From NCBI RefSeq assembly GCF_030144855.1, contig NC_082720.1:44020001-44084000 (forward strand): 64,000 nt of DNA, given 5' to 3'. The notes under the pieces were generated by a model. It had not been told where the DNA came from, made no database searches, and saw only the letters and a program-made list of their open reading frames with translations. Below are positions 63,875 to 64,000 of this stretch, one piece after another. Numbering within the stretch: the first letter of the stretch is position 1; each line of letters opens with the position of its first letter. The position numbers and the translations under genes are program-made. The stretch is from Hypanus sabinus. Its lineage: Eukaryota.

Positions 63875-64000
63875 GGACCTACAGTTCAATTAGCCTGATG
63901 TTAATATTAGGAAAATCCAGAATCTAACTGCAGAGCAGTTACAAAATAATAATCAGATTGCATAGATTCAACATAAATTTATGAAAGGAAAATGTGTTTG

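Overview
Repeat-rich vertebrate genomic DNA. The CR1, Penelope, V-SINE and Rex1 landscape suggests a cartilaginous fish, probably a ray (inference). The only intact host gene found is STING1 (TMEM173) on the minus strand. Six coding exons (45521-45313, 40289-40097, 35844-35736, 33413-33184, 32076-31890, 19794-19568) splice with canonical GT-AG sites and compatible phases into 1155 nt, or 384 aa. The cyclic-dinucleotide pocket residues are conserved. The C-terminal tail is unusual: a 21-nt tandem repeat gives two pLxIS-type IRF3 motifs ahead of a TBK1-type motif (PQPLRS), and there is no teleost-style extension. A CpG-rich, ETS-centred promoter at about 52.3 kb appears bidirectional and faces exon-like decayed coding relics on the plus strand (55.4-57.6 kb). 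The rest is nested mobile DNA: a chromoviral Gypsy element (3.7-17.0 kb) containing a Gmr1-like Gypsy and a near full-length CR1; Penelope-like elements with minimal hammerhead ribozyme motifs; Tc1 elements with a mariner MITE; a young Gypsy just upstream of the STING start exon; two solo LTRs bracketing the STING promoter; and many CR1 and Rex1 fragments.
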